Of a DNA stretch of 64,000 nt, positions 25,631 to 37,173 are shown piece by piece; position 1 is the first letter of the stretch, and each line of letters opens with the position of its first letter. Made by a program: the position numbers and the translations under genes. Source of the DNA: Setoptus koraiensis (lineage: Eukaryota; Animalia; Arthropoda); NCBI GenBank assembly GCA_048013815.1, contig CM106586.1, forward strand, positions 22,506,001 through 22,570,000, given 5' to 3'. The notes beneath the pieces were generated by a model. It worked only from the letters and a program-made list of their open reading frames with translations, was not told where the DNA came from and made no database searches.

Positions 25631-27019
25631 TCATTGTTGCTCTTGTTTTACATTGGAGGTGTCTGGTGCCTGTTGTGCAGGATTATTAGATCGGCGATTA
25701 CGCTGAGGACGACGTGGGGCGAATCTGCGTCTTCGGGGTTTGCTAGATCCGTCTTGATTATCGTCGGCCTAATGTTGGGAAAGATGTGAATATTTAGAAT
25801 TGAGAAAGTTAGAGATAGATAATCTCATGATTGCAACTAGTTGGCATAAGATTTGTTAATGAAAAAAAAAAAATAATAATAATCGTAGTCAGATGAAGAG
25901 ATATCTTTTACTTACATTGTTATCGCCGTCGGCTCCTGATTGGCTGCCTTCAGTCTCACCATCACTTTTCCTGGGCCCTCGACGGTATCGGTTGTACCTG
26001 TCGTTATATCGTCTCTGCCTTCTGGGGGAGTTACCCGATGCGCTAGTGTTATTATTATTATTATATTGGCCTTGTTCTGTGTTACCATCTACAGGCTCAT
26101 TTTCATCGCCTCCTTCCTGCAGTCTTACACTATTATTTGGTCCATTCTGCCTATAATTATTACCGCGTCTTTCACCTCTGTAATATCCGCGTCCAGAGGG
26201 ATATCCGGGACGTCTGTAAGGTCTCCTACGGCCACCGCGTCGGTCGTCTGAGTTTCGCTGCTTATTTTCAGCGTCCCATTCACCTCCGTTGGCTTTGCCT
26301 GCCTCACTCAATTCGGCACCATTACTGGCATCTGGGCTACCCTCTGTTTGACCATTGGCATCCTGGTTGGCTTGGCCGTTAACATTGTTATTATCATTAG
26401 ATTGACCCTCGCGTGAACGATTCCTAGAACCGTGCCTGAATCTGCGTTTCTTATAGTAACCTCCGGGGCGATAAGAGGCCGCATATTGTGAACCTTTGAC
26501 AGGTATACCGCTTGGGCCTGTGACATTAGCAGCCTCGTTACCTTTCTCTCCTTCGACTATATCAAATTGAACAATTTCTCCATCGCCAACACTTCTGATA
26601 AGCCTAGATGGATTATTTCTGACTATGGCCGATTGGTGAACAAATACATCTTCATTTTCTTTGTCGTTACGACTTATAAAGCCATATCCATTTTTAACAT
26701 TAAACCATTTAACTGTTCCCGGAACGTTGGAAGCAATTAGACGTTTAGGTGGCTGTTGAGCGGCTTGGGCGTCCGCAGAATCCGTGGCTCCATTGGCTGT
26801 GGCTGCATCACCTGAATTGGCTTCATCACCTTGATTGGTGTTGGTTTCTTTGAGGGAATCTGTACCATTTCCTGTCGTAGCAGTACCTTGTGTAGCGGTC
26901 TGTTTACTATTATTATTATTTTGTTGTGTGGTAGAAGTACTATTTGAGTCAACTCCTGGTTTTGTATCTATTACTCCGTCTACTGGCTGTTCGGCCACGG
27001 CAACATTTGTGTCGCTCAT
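25631..27019 (-). CDS. YBX1: Y-box / cold-shock-domain nucleic-acid-binding protein, about 413 aa; exons 27019-25916 and 25768-25631
   Basis: [29 protein letters not shown]...[27 protein letters not shown] followed by alternating Arg-rich and acidic blocks. Intron 25769-25915 is GTAAGT...TAG, phase 0. Confidence 0.92.
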
Positions 27020-28975
27020 AGTGTTATGTGGTGTGTGGTTTGTGTGTGTGTGTGTGCTCGTTTTTATAATTAATTAATAATAATAATGTATATATATATA
27101 TATATATAGATATATATTAGTATAAATATGATAATATTATACAATGGTTGTATATTATTAGTATATTATATATGTATATATATGTATATAAAATTGTAAG
27201 AGGTAATAGTGTATTATTATATCTAAACAATTCTATGAGAATAATTTTGTAATAATAATAATAATAATTATCTATATAGCGTTTGTGTGTGTGTGTGTGT
27301 GTGTGTCCGTGTGTGTCTGTCTGTCTGTATGTTTGTGAATTTAAACCGAATCAGATTAATCTCCTTCAGCTTAAATTTATTGACATAGAGAACGATGAGA
27401 TGATCAATAAATAATATGGACGCGTCAAGATGTCTCTCGCTCTCTTTAACAGGGCGACGTCCATCGGTTTCAATGGAGAATTGGCCTGTGAGTTTTTGTT
27501 AGACTGTGTGTGTGTCTGTGTGTCTGTTTGTCTGTGTGTTTTTGTTGGACCTGTGTGGCGAATATGGACACCCTGTACAGGGTGTATACTCACAAACGTC
27601 AAATACACTGAAATGTTGTCGGGTGCCTTTGACAGAACATTTGCAAAAGATTGTGCTGCACAACTTTGAGTTTTCTGGCGTACGCACTGCGTAGTGTGCG
27701 AGCAGTCAGATAAATTCAATCGGGCACACTCTGTCGCTTCAGTGAACTGATTCATCTGTAAAAGGCACAACTTGTACCAAAATTGTGTCTGTGCACATTT
27801 GTGTGCCGCCAGCGAATAGTAACACCAGCTTTAGTTCGATACTATGAATAGGGGGCGCTGTTGTATCACAAAACCAAGCGCATGTTGTGACTCAAAGCGA
27901 CTTCTACAGTGAAAACTGCAAACCGTTTAGGTGGCCTAGCATCGGCAGTGTGATCGATGTTACCAAGTGTATACACCCTATACTCACATTCACACAAGCT
28001 CCTTGAATAGAGATTTCTCCATCAGAGTGCGTGCATCAAGTTATGTGTGTGCATGTGTTTCTGTCTATCGGTCGGTCGGTCGGTCTGCCTGTCTGCCGCC
28101 TGCCCGCCTGCTTGTCTAACAAGCTGCAAGCTTGTGCTCACTGATGGCAGCTACATCGGACTGAAAATCGGACTTGGCTGCATATAGAGCGCCTGCGCGA
28201 ACAGCAGCCAGGTTCCCATCATAACGGCTCGGCCGAACAGCCAGACTGCTCACTTTTGAGCCTCAAAAAAGCTACGAGCCCATTCATACGAGCTCATTCA
28301 TGTAGAGCTTGTATCGGGCACAAGTGATTCACAAAAGAAATCTGGGAATAAAGAAATGACGACAGTGTGCGCCCGGGGTATAAAGTGAACGAGACCCCAC
28401 GAGATTCATTTTTTCCCGCCAGACAAACAAGTACAGTTTACCCCAGCTGTAACATTGTAAAAGCTCTTTTTCTGTAAGCCTGGCCCCAACGGTGAGTCGG
28501 CCGCCATACCAAGTTGTGTTGTTGTCTGTCGTTGTGTAGAGTATGTCAGAGTCGTGCACAACTTTCAATCCCGGGATTTTATACAAAATTATAGGGTGTA
28601 AAGTATACAGTGTAAACATTTCACTGTGAGGACCGAGTCGAAATGATATTATGATGTGCTGCACAAAAGCACAAATTCCGATCCCAACTAGTCTGGACAG
28701 CCTATGTGTGCGCCTTGCAGCGCCCCCTACAATCTCGTTGTGCTCAGATTACTGTGTGAGCTACAGTGCAGCTGTCGCCCGGCGCGATGCCGTTCCGCTC
28801 ACCATACACACCCACTCGGCATTCGCGTACCCGCGTTCTCGAAAAACAATTTTTGAAACATCTATTTAGCCGCTAAATTTTTCTAGCCTTCTTCTAAAAT
28901 AACAAGACCACAGTGGCGCCAATGGTTCAACTGTACCAATTGTACCTGTCCAACTGAATAATCGCATAAAATTCT

Positions 28976-29760
28976 TCATATAGATATCATCTCAACCGGC
29001 ACTTGTGAGTTATTCAATTTGAGAGCTAGACGGTCTCGTGTAGGACATCTGAACTTCACTTTCCTAGCATTGTTTGCACCGCCATACTCCACCATAGTGA
29101 TACTCTCAAGCTTAGAGCTGATGGCAATTATCTTTTCAAGTGATTCCTTGAAAATCTGATCAACGAACAACTTCTCAAGTTTTGGAAAGCAACTTATTAA
29201 ATCTAGAACATCTTGGCATGGTAACGGGTAGCCGGTATCTAGCGAATGTAGGATATATTCTTCAATGGTGCTAGAAATACGTGAATATTGTGCACGTCAA
29301 GATGTAGGAGCCTTGATCTAACCACAGATGATCGGCCAACTTAACTCATCTTCGCTTTCAACAATGATAGAGCAGAGATACTTCGCGACAGTTTGGCACG
29401 AGGCAGAATAGCTCCAATGGGGCAAATTTTGCAATGGAAAAAAAGACAATTCCATTCGGAATGGTCGTCCGATCAACAGGGGACATCACCCGTCAAGTAG
29501 CGGGCGCGTGCGAGTCCGCGTGAAATCTTGCCATCCGCCGAGATTGACTTGACCAACCCTCGAATAGTAGGAGAGCCTCATGAAAATCGGTCCCAGGGTC
29601 TTGATATTGGTGCTCCTATTTCGACAATGGAGTCCCATTTGCTCGATGTCGTCGAATTCTGTAATTCGCTAAGATGATCGGTGACCATAAAATTCAGTTG
29701 ATCCATCCATTGTTGTTCACTTGTTCTGTTGATAATGTTGCAAGAAAGAGATAGGTCGAG
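28976..29760 (-). pseudogene. Possible degenerate leucine-rich-repeat (F-box/LRR-like) gene
   Basis: LRR-like fragments in different frames, separated by stops: LDLSLSCNII, ITEFDDIEQMGLHCRN, LELFCLVPNCREVSL, CQDVLDLISCFPKLEKLFVD, ISSKLESITM. Confidence 0.3.
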
Positions 29761-30432
29761 GCCTCATTCTCACAAGTTGTAGCGCTCGAAACAGACGCCG
29801 GTTGTACTAACTTTCGCCCGGTCAGTGCATTCGGACCTCTGGATTCGGACCCCACAATCCAAATGCGAGGTGTGCAACCAGAGGTCAATGGCGGCTTTAT
29901 GCCGGCGCCTCTACATCTCTGTTTTGGCACCCGCAAACGTCTGATCTACACTCACAACTCTTGTCCACTCTTGTCAGACTGATGATGAAATTCGTTTGAA
30001 TTGTGCGCGTTATTGAAGCTCACACGCGACAATGCACACAGTGATCTCATGCACGATCTGTGCTTGTATCGGCTGCACTGTACTGGTATGATTTAGAAAA
30101 TGCATTGTGGAAGGCAGCGAAGCTTCCACTGTAGGGCACGAGCGACTTGATTGTTACACCCCATAGCATAAACAGTGGAAAAGGTACCAATGGCTTCATG
30201 CACCCCTGTACTACGTAATCTAAGCACTGTTTATATGTACTGCGTGTACTGTGTCCCAAGTACAGCGAAAATACCACTTTGAAAGGACGGGCGGACGGAC
30301 GGACGGACGTAAAGAGTGATGAAGCGAAAGTCGTCACTTGGTCTCCATTCTCGGCGTTCATCGGATCAATTAAACAATAATCGTTCCACTAACAACACCA
30401 CTAAAAAAAGCCGATCTAATAAATCTAAGAAA

Positions 30433-31695
30433 ATGCAACTATTAGCCAAGCTAACGATTGAACATTTGAAGGATGTTATACCTAGCAAACGCGTCCTCAT
30501 TAGAGTCGATTTCAATGTTCCTATGAAAGACGGCAAGATAACAAATAATCAGCGCATTGTTGGGGCGCTCAAAACAATTCAATATTGTCTGGAAAACAAG
30601 GCAAAATCCATCGTCATTATGTCACATTTAGGCCGTCCCGATGGGCAAGCAAACCCCAAATTTAGCCTCAGGCCAGTGGCTGACGAAGTAAGCCGATTAC
30701 TCAATCGCAATGTTACATTCTTAAGTGATTGTGTTGGTCTAGATATCGAGGATGCTTGCAAAAACCCACAAGATGGATCTGTGATTCTATTAGAAAATCT
30801 CAGATATCACATTGAAGAGGAGGGCAGCGGTGTCGATGAGTCAGGCAAAAAAGTCAAAGCCGACCCAAAGGCGGTGGAACACTTCAGAAAGTCCTTAACC
30901 TCTCTAGGGGACATATACATCAATGATGCGTTTGGCACTGCACATAGAGCTCATTCGTCCATGGTCGGAATTGATTTACCACAAAGAGCGGCCGGATTCC
31001 TCATGAAGGCCGAACTAGACTATTTCGCTAAAGTTCTCAATAATCCATCAAGACCTTTCGTGGCCATCTTGGGAGGTGCTAAAGTCAAAGATAAGATACA
31101 ATTGATCGGCAATCTATTGAATCAGGTGAATGAGATGATAATAGTCGGAGGTATGGCTTTCACCTTCTTGAAAGTTCTACACAATATGGATATAGGTACT
31201 TCACTGTTCGATAGTGAAGGCGCTACAATCATAGAAGAGTTGATGTCTAAAGCCAAAAGCAATAATGTCAAGATTTGGTTACCAGTGGACTTCATAACAG
31301 GTGATTCATTTAGCGAGACAGCTAAAGTCGGCGAGGCAACCGTCGAGTCAGGTCTAGGAAAAACGATGGGTCTAGATTGCGGAAAAAAATCCATGGAGTT
31401 GTTTGCCGATCCAATCAAGCGAGCTCAAACGATCCTATGGAATGGACCGTGCGGTGTTTTCGAGTGGGACAATTTCGCCAGTGGAACTAAGGCAATGATG
31501 GATATGGTGGTAGCTGCCACTGAACGTGGGTGTGTGACAGTTATTGGAGGTGGCGACACTGCCACGTGTGCTGCCAAATATAATACCGAGAAAAAAGTCA
31601 GTCATGTTTCCACCGGTGGTGGAGCTAGTCTCGAACTGTTAGAAGGGAAACAATTACCTGGTGTGTCGGCGTTATCACCTGCACCTAGTCATTAA
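30433..31695 (+). CDS. PGK: Phosphoglycerate kinase copy 1, intronless; an upstream in-frame ATG at 30319 would add 38 basic residues
   Basis: [65 protein letters not shown] and [14 protein letters not shown] motifs. Confidence 0.98.
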   Translation: MQLLAKLTIEHLKDVIPSKRVLIRVDFNVPMKDGKITNNQRIVGALKTIQYCLENKAKSIVIMSHLGRPDGQANPKFSLRPVADEVSRLLNRNVTFLSDCVGLDIEDACKNPQDGSVILLENLRYHIEEEGSGVDESGKKVKADPKAVEHFRKSLTSLGDIYINDAFGTAHRAHSSMVGIDLPQRAAGFLMKAELDYFAKVLNNPSRPFVAILGGAKVKDKIQLIGNLLNQVNEMIIVGGMAFTFLKVLHNMDIGTSLFDSEGATIIEELMSKAKSNNVKIWLPVDFITGDSFSETAKVGEATVESGLGKTMGLDCGKKSMELFADPIKRAQTILWNGPCGVFEWDNFASGTKAMMDMVVAATERGCVTVIGGGDTATCAAKYNTEKKVSHVSTGGGASLELLEGKQLPGVSALSPAPSH

Positions 31696-31896
31696 ATATA
31701 ATAAAGCATGTTAAGTATACAAGCATGAGGGAATGTTTATTCTAAACTTTGATTGATCCGAATGATAGTTGAGAAAGTTTAAACATTTATGTTCGATAGC
31801 TAGTCTTGACAATCGGGGTCATGTTCGTCATTTTTTCTTGGAAGAAGATAAAATTAGTGTCTGAACACTGAGATTAGCGTAGTTTCTGATGTTTGG

Positions 31897-32016
31897 TCAT
31901 AGGAAGTAGCTTTGTCTGGCTTGGTTTTGATATGAACGGTAATATTTAAGCGCCAATGGTAGGCTGGGTTGGTGGTGAATGAGATTTATATTACAGCAAA
32001 TTGTCTAATATTTGTC
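31897..32016 (-). pseudogene. Truncated, frameshifted remnant of the SPSB SOCS-box C-terminus
   Basis: Translates TNIRQFA / [30 protein letters not shown], versus [40 protein letters not shown] at 34167-34290. It carries a 4-nt deletion relative to the intact copy. Confidence 0.85.
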
Positions 32017-32293
32017 GTTTATCCAGTGTCAATTGTTTGGTACAAACTGATAACTTGGGGCTGTCGTGAACGAAGCGATCTTGTTACGAATAATTTGAGT
32101 GTGCATAGGCGTAGAACATTTTCAACACTCGCTCCAACAAAGCTCTTAACGAAATCAAAAATAGACCTTCATCAAATGTCCGACTCGAGGTAGGTGATGT
32201 TTTGCGGTGACAAAATTCAGAATTTAGGAAAAAAAATTAGAAATAGATGACGAATAGAAGAGAGATGAATTCTCCCATTTTCAAATATTTAGC

Positions 32294-32299
32294 TATAAA
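32294..32299 (+). promoter_or_regulatory. Possible TATA box of the signal-peptide PGK gene
   Basis: TATAAA about 120 nt upstream of ATG 32417. Motif match only. Confidence 0.2.
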
Positions 32300-32416
32300 C
32301 TGAGGCAATATATGGGCAGAGCCACTTGAATCGATTTTTGTCGCCAATTTGAACTATTGAAAGAAATTTCTCCATATATTTTACATAACTTCGAATCGTG
32401 TGCAACTGGAAATACA

Positions 32417-33949
32417 ATGAAAGTGGTTGCAGCAGTCTTACTATTCGCAATTTTTTGCGTGGTTGCCTCATCAACCCTAGTTGAAAAGTTAAAAAGCAAA
32501 TGCAACTGTTGCTTTAAGCCCTCTCTGACCCACGAAACTCCCGATGAACAGCAATGTCCAGAGTCGAAAGAAAAACTTGATGAAGGTAAAGACGAAAAGA
32601 AAGAGGGACTGGTGTATAAAATTTTCGATAAGCTGAAGAACAAAAAATTCCGAGACAAATTAGTGGAAAAGAGCAAATCTAAGAAAATGCAAGTATCATC
32701 CAAGCTAACGATTGAACATTTGAAGGATGTCATACCTGGAAAACGCGTCCTCGTTAGAGTCGATTTCAATGTCCCTATGAAAGACGGCAAGATAACAAAT
32801 AATCAGCGCATTGTTGGGGCGCTCAAAACAATTCAATATTGTCTGGAAAACAAGGCAAAATCCATCGTCATTATGTCACATTTAGGCCGTCCCGATGGGC
32901 AAGCAAACCCCAAATTTAGCCTCAGGCCAGTGGCTGACGAAGTAAGCCGATTACTCAATCGCAATGTTACATTCTTAAGTGATTGTGTTGGTCTGGATAT
33001 CGAAGATGCTTGCAAAAACCCACAAGATGGATCTGTGATTCTATTAGAAAATCTCAGATATCACATTGAAGAGGAAGGCAGCGGTGTCGATGAGTCAGGC
33101 AAAAAAGTCAAGGCTGACCCAAAGGCGGTCGAACACTTCAGAAAGTCCTTAACCTCTCTAGGGGACATATACATCAATGATGCGTTTGGCACCGCACATA
33201 GAGCTCATTCGTCCATGGTCGGAATTGATTTACCACAAAGAGCTGCCGGATTCCTCATGAAGGCCGAACTAGACTATTTCGCTAAAGTTCTCAATAATCC
33301 ATCAAGACCTTTCGTGGCCATCTTGGGAGGTGCTAAAGTTAAAGATAAGATACAATTGATCGGCAATCTATTGAATCAGGTGAATGAGATGATAATAGTC
33401 GGAGGTATGGCTTTCACCTTCTTGAAAGTTCTACACAATATGGATATAGGTACCTCACTGTTCGATAGTGAAGGCGCTACAATCATAGAAGAGTTGATGT
33501 CTAAGGCCAAAAGCAATAATGTCAAGATTTGGTTACCAGTGGACTTCATAACAGGTGATTCATTTAGCGAGACAGCTAAAGTCGGCGAGGCAACCGTCGA
33601 GTCAGGTCTAGGAAAAACGATGGGTCTAGATTGCGGAAAAAAATCCATGGAGTTGTTTGCCGATCCAATCAAGCGAGCTCAAACGATCCTATGGAATGGA
33701 CCGTGTGGTGTTTTCGAGTGGGACAATTTCGCCAGTGGAACTAAGGCAATGATGGATATGGTGGTAGCTGCCACTGAACGTGGGTGTGTGACAGTTATTG
33801 GAGGTGGCGACACTGCCACGTGTGCTGCCAAATATAATACCGAGAAAAAAGTCAGTCATGTTTCCACCGGTGGTGGAGCTAGTCTCGAACTGTTAGAAGG
33901 GAAACAATTACCTGGTGTGTCGGCGTTATCACCTGCACCTAGTCATTAA
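32417..33949 (+). CDS. PGK: Phosphoglycerate kinase copy 2 with a 90-aa N-terminal extension beginning with a signal peptide, 510 aa
   Basis: ATG 32417 gives [19 protein letters not shown], then a Cys/Lys/Glu-rich segment, then the complete PGK in the same frame from Met at 32687. Confidence 0.93.
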   Translation: MKVVAAVLLFAIFCVVASSTLVEKLKSKCNCCFKPSLTHETPDEQQCPESKEKLDEGKDEKKEGLVYKIFDKLKNKKFRDKLVEKSKSKKMQVSSKLTIEHLKDVIPGKRVLVRVDFNVPMKDGKITNNQRIVGALKTIQYCLENKAKSIVIMSHLGRPDGQANPKFSLRPVADEVSRLLNRNVTFLSDCVGLDIEDACKNPQDGSVILLENLRYHIEEEGSGVDESGKKVKADPKAVEHFRKSLTSLGDIYINDAFGTAHRAHSSMVGIDLPQRAAGFLMKAELDYFAKVLNNPSRPFVAILGGAKVKDKIQLIGNLLNQVNEMIIVGGMAFTFLKVLHNMDIGTSLFDSEGATIIEELMSKAKSNNVKIWLPVDFITGDSFSETAKVGEATVESGLGKTMGLDCGKKSMELFADPIKRAQTILWNGPCGVFEWDNFASGTKAMMDMVVAATERGCVTVIGGGDTATCAAKYNTEKKVSHVSTGGGASLELLEGKQLPGVSALSPAPSH

Positions 33950-34166
33950 ATGTAATAAGGCATGTTAAGTATACAATATTAGGGGATGTAAATTGTATCA
34001 GATATTTATTCTAAACGTTGATTGATCTAAATGATAGTTGAGAAAATATAAACATTATTGTTTAATAGTTAGTCTTGACAATCAAGGACATGTGTTGTCA
34101 CTTCGTCTTTAAAGGAGATAAAATTAGTGTCTGAACACTGAGATTAACGTAGTTTATGAGGTTGTG

Positions 34167-35108
34167 CTATAGGACGTAGCTTTGTCTAGCTTGATTTTGA
34201 TATAAAAGGTAATCTTTAAGGGCCAATGGTAGGCTCAGTCGGTGGTAGATGAGATTTATATTTGCACCAGCAAATTGTCTAATATTCGTCCTACAAATAT
34301 CTTTCAACGGCTTGGGTTCGGGGTCCAAACCATTAAGGTAACGTAACGTTATTTCGCAGTGTCCCCACACCGCGCTCACTATTGGATATAGTTTTTTGCC
34401 CTTGAGTCCGCGAAATGCAACACCCAAATATTGGCCGTCAACAACAAAGCTCATGGTGCCCTCGTCCATGTCTAACACTAACAAAAATTTATCTGGCACA
34501 ATGAAGGTCTCGTCTGGATTTAAGTGGCTAGGATAGGTGACACTGGGCTCATTTTTGTAGTCGTGATACAGCTTGTTCCGGCCCAGGTCCCAGCCCCACG
34601 ATTCTTTGTCGGCCCCAACTAAAATCTGGTAACCATTACGATGTAAAGTAGCCTGGCTCGTTGCCACCCCGATCACGGCGTGGGTGCCGCGCTGCTGCGA
34701 AGCCCAGGTAATTTCCCAGACGTGCAAACCGCGACTGTAGCCCTGTTTGCCCCTGATACAATCGGTACTTTGAGCAACAGGGTGCCTGTGCAGCGTGAGC
34801 TTATCACTTTCTTTGATGAACACGTTCAACGATCTGTCTTCTGGGTTCCACGAGTTCTTTTCGGCCACGTCCAGCGGACAGGGCGGCATGTCCAGTATGG
34901 CGTCTAGTCTGGATGGTCTTTGTAGATCAATCATGGTTTGTGAGGATGTGAAATTTTGAAATGGCGACAAAGAGTTGATATCACTGTGATGGTTGTTGTT
35001 TGTGAGATGGGGTTGATGTTGTTGTTGGTGATGATCTATTGTAAGTTGACTATTGCCGCGATGGCTGTGGGGCCGTTGATGGTGTCGTCGTTGCGATGGG
35101 GCCGACAT
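34167..35108 (-). CDS. SPSB: SPRY-domain SOCS-box protein (SPSB1/4, gustavus-like), copy A, about 313 aa
   Basis: [54 protein letters not shown] and SOCS box PLKDICR...[12 protein letters not shown]. The first ATG is 35108, with an in-frame stop near 35284 upstream. Confidence 0.95.
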   Translation of the reverse strand: MSAPSQRRHHQRPHSHRGNSQLTIDHHQQQHQPHLTNNNHHSDINSLSPFQNFTSSQTMIDLQRPSRLDAILDMPPCPLDVAEKNSWNPEDRSLNVFIKESDKLTLHRHPVAQSTDCIRGKQGYSRGLHVWEITWASQQRGTHAVIGVATSQATLHRNGYQILVGADKESWGWDLGRNKLYHDYKNEPSVTYPSHLNPDETFIVPDKFLLVLDMDEGTMSFVVDGQYLGVAFRGLKGKKLYPIVSAVWGHCEITLRYLNGLDPEPKPLKDICRTNIRQFAGANINLIYHRLSLPLALKDYLLYQNQARQSYVL

Positions 35109-36803
35109 GTGAATGTGATAATGAGGGCGTGTTGTTGACTTAATAGTTGGGCCTAACACTGTTGTGGCTGGCGGACGATATGATTGTTTGTGAATAAAAT
35201 CAAGACTGATGACGATGTGAGATGTGCGTATTATTTTATAAGTAATTGAGAGGCGAGGGTCAAGAGCGAAAGTTGCACACGATTAGTGGAGTCGCATTTG
35301 GTTGGTGTGTGTTCGACTAGCTAGCCTCCAATATCGAATGAGTGGTGCTCATTATTTGCGACATGACAACAACATGTCGTCTCATGTACACCGGCTGTCC
35401 GAACTGGGCACGATTTGTGCCGTACACAGCCACACATACTATGCCAGTTTGCCACTGTGAAAGGCGGATAGCTTAGCGCATTGCGCACGCTTGCCATGTA
35501 CATGTGCCAAGAGAATGCGTGATGTCTGAACAGTGTGCCGCGTTGCGTGCCTTCGGCAATGCAATGAGTGAGCGGCCGATGGGAGGAACGAAGCAGAAGG
35601 GCTGAAAATAGGCGCACAGCGACGCGGCGGCGGCGGCGAGTCAGTTTGTTCGAGTTGGCCACCACTTGTTGCCACTGTCGGTGCTAATTACAACAGATGA
35701 TCGATAATTGATAATAATCGATTCTTTTCACATTATAAAACTGATATTAACAAGCGAGAGAATCTTCTCGAAGATTCTTTCATAAAGCACCTAGAGACTC
35801 CTCGTGCATTAGGTAATACGCACGCAAGCGAGTACGAGCCACGCCGTCCCGACTGCTCGAACGCTGTCTCGAGATGCTGCAAGTTTTGCTCATTTTGGCG
35901 CCCAAAAGCCAAACAACACTGGCAATTGCGCACCATTTACGCCGTCTATACAATTGTTAGGTGGGCCGCTTAGCGTCCCATTTGCGGCCAGCCTCAGTCG
36001 TCGGCGCGATATACGCGATATGCAATATATACATTATGCAAGACTATCGTGCCCATATTATTATTATTAACTATTAAATATAATGCCATTATAATACATA
36101 TTGTATATTAGCGACAACGACAACGTTAACAACAACAGCAACCAGAGCGGCCGCGGCGACGTAATTACAATTATTGTGTTGTTACTGTCCAATAAACAGA
36201 ACCGATTGCACCGTTTTTGATTGATTCAAGGACACACACGCTAAAATAAAATGTCGGCGGTAGCGAAACGCACAAGGGATTGAATTACAATGGCGGACAT
36301 TATTTGCAGGTTGTTGTCCGGCAATGGTTATTATTATCGTTATGTATTGTTATTATCTATGCTTAACCTCTTTGAAGAAATGTCAATGCTAATCACGTCA
36401 ATCTTTGAACGGCAGCAAGCGGCGACATTGACTGATAACAGCAGCCAGTTGGGCCAATATTACTGTATGTAATGTATTACTACATTACATGCACTACCAT
36501 TATGACCATTGTCGTTGTCGGACCAAGGAATAGATTAATATTATTGCGATACAATAAATAATAATTTGTGTGTTAAATGGTAAATCAATCCCACCAGAGA
36601 ACACACTGTTACGGACCTACTTCTTAGGTGTACAAACCTAACAAAGGCAACCTTACATAATAACATGCTTGCAAGTTGCATTAACTCGGCTAGCGTATCG
36701 TACACATGTATAAATGTTTACGCATATAGTAATATTCGGGCCAAGCCGTCTCAACGCACACACACACACCAGCAACAGCGAAACTCTACAATAATAGTTA
36801 TAA

Positions 36804-37173
36804 AATAATAATAATAATAATAGTAGTAGTAGTAGTAGTAGTAGTAGTAAAAAGGCCTCACAGAGAAAACAACACGCCACGACAGTTACATGCATAATAG
36901 AATTATCAATAAGCCAACCAATTCAAACAACTTAGAGCCTAGAGAGCAACAAGAGGCAACAAACTCTTTCATAGAGTTTATCACACTCAGGTGATGACAA
37001 CACAGCACTAACACAATAGAACGAAAGAACAAGAATGAGGCAGAAACCATCATAATCATCAAACAACAACATAACACACATTCACTTGTTGCACTTGCAT
37101 CTCGTATGGCTGGCCAGGCTGACTGACTGACTGACTGACTGACTGACTGACTGACTGACTGACTAACTGACTG
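36804..37173. repeat. Compound (AAT)n(AGT)n tract at 36804-36849 and (GACT)n tract at 37119-37173
   Basis: Read directly from the sequence. Confidence 0.9.

Noticed and set aside
32293-32790. 165-aa minus-strand ORF
   Set aside because: Antisense shadow of the PGK2 extension and CDS.
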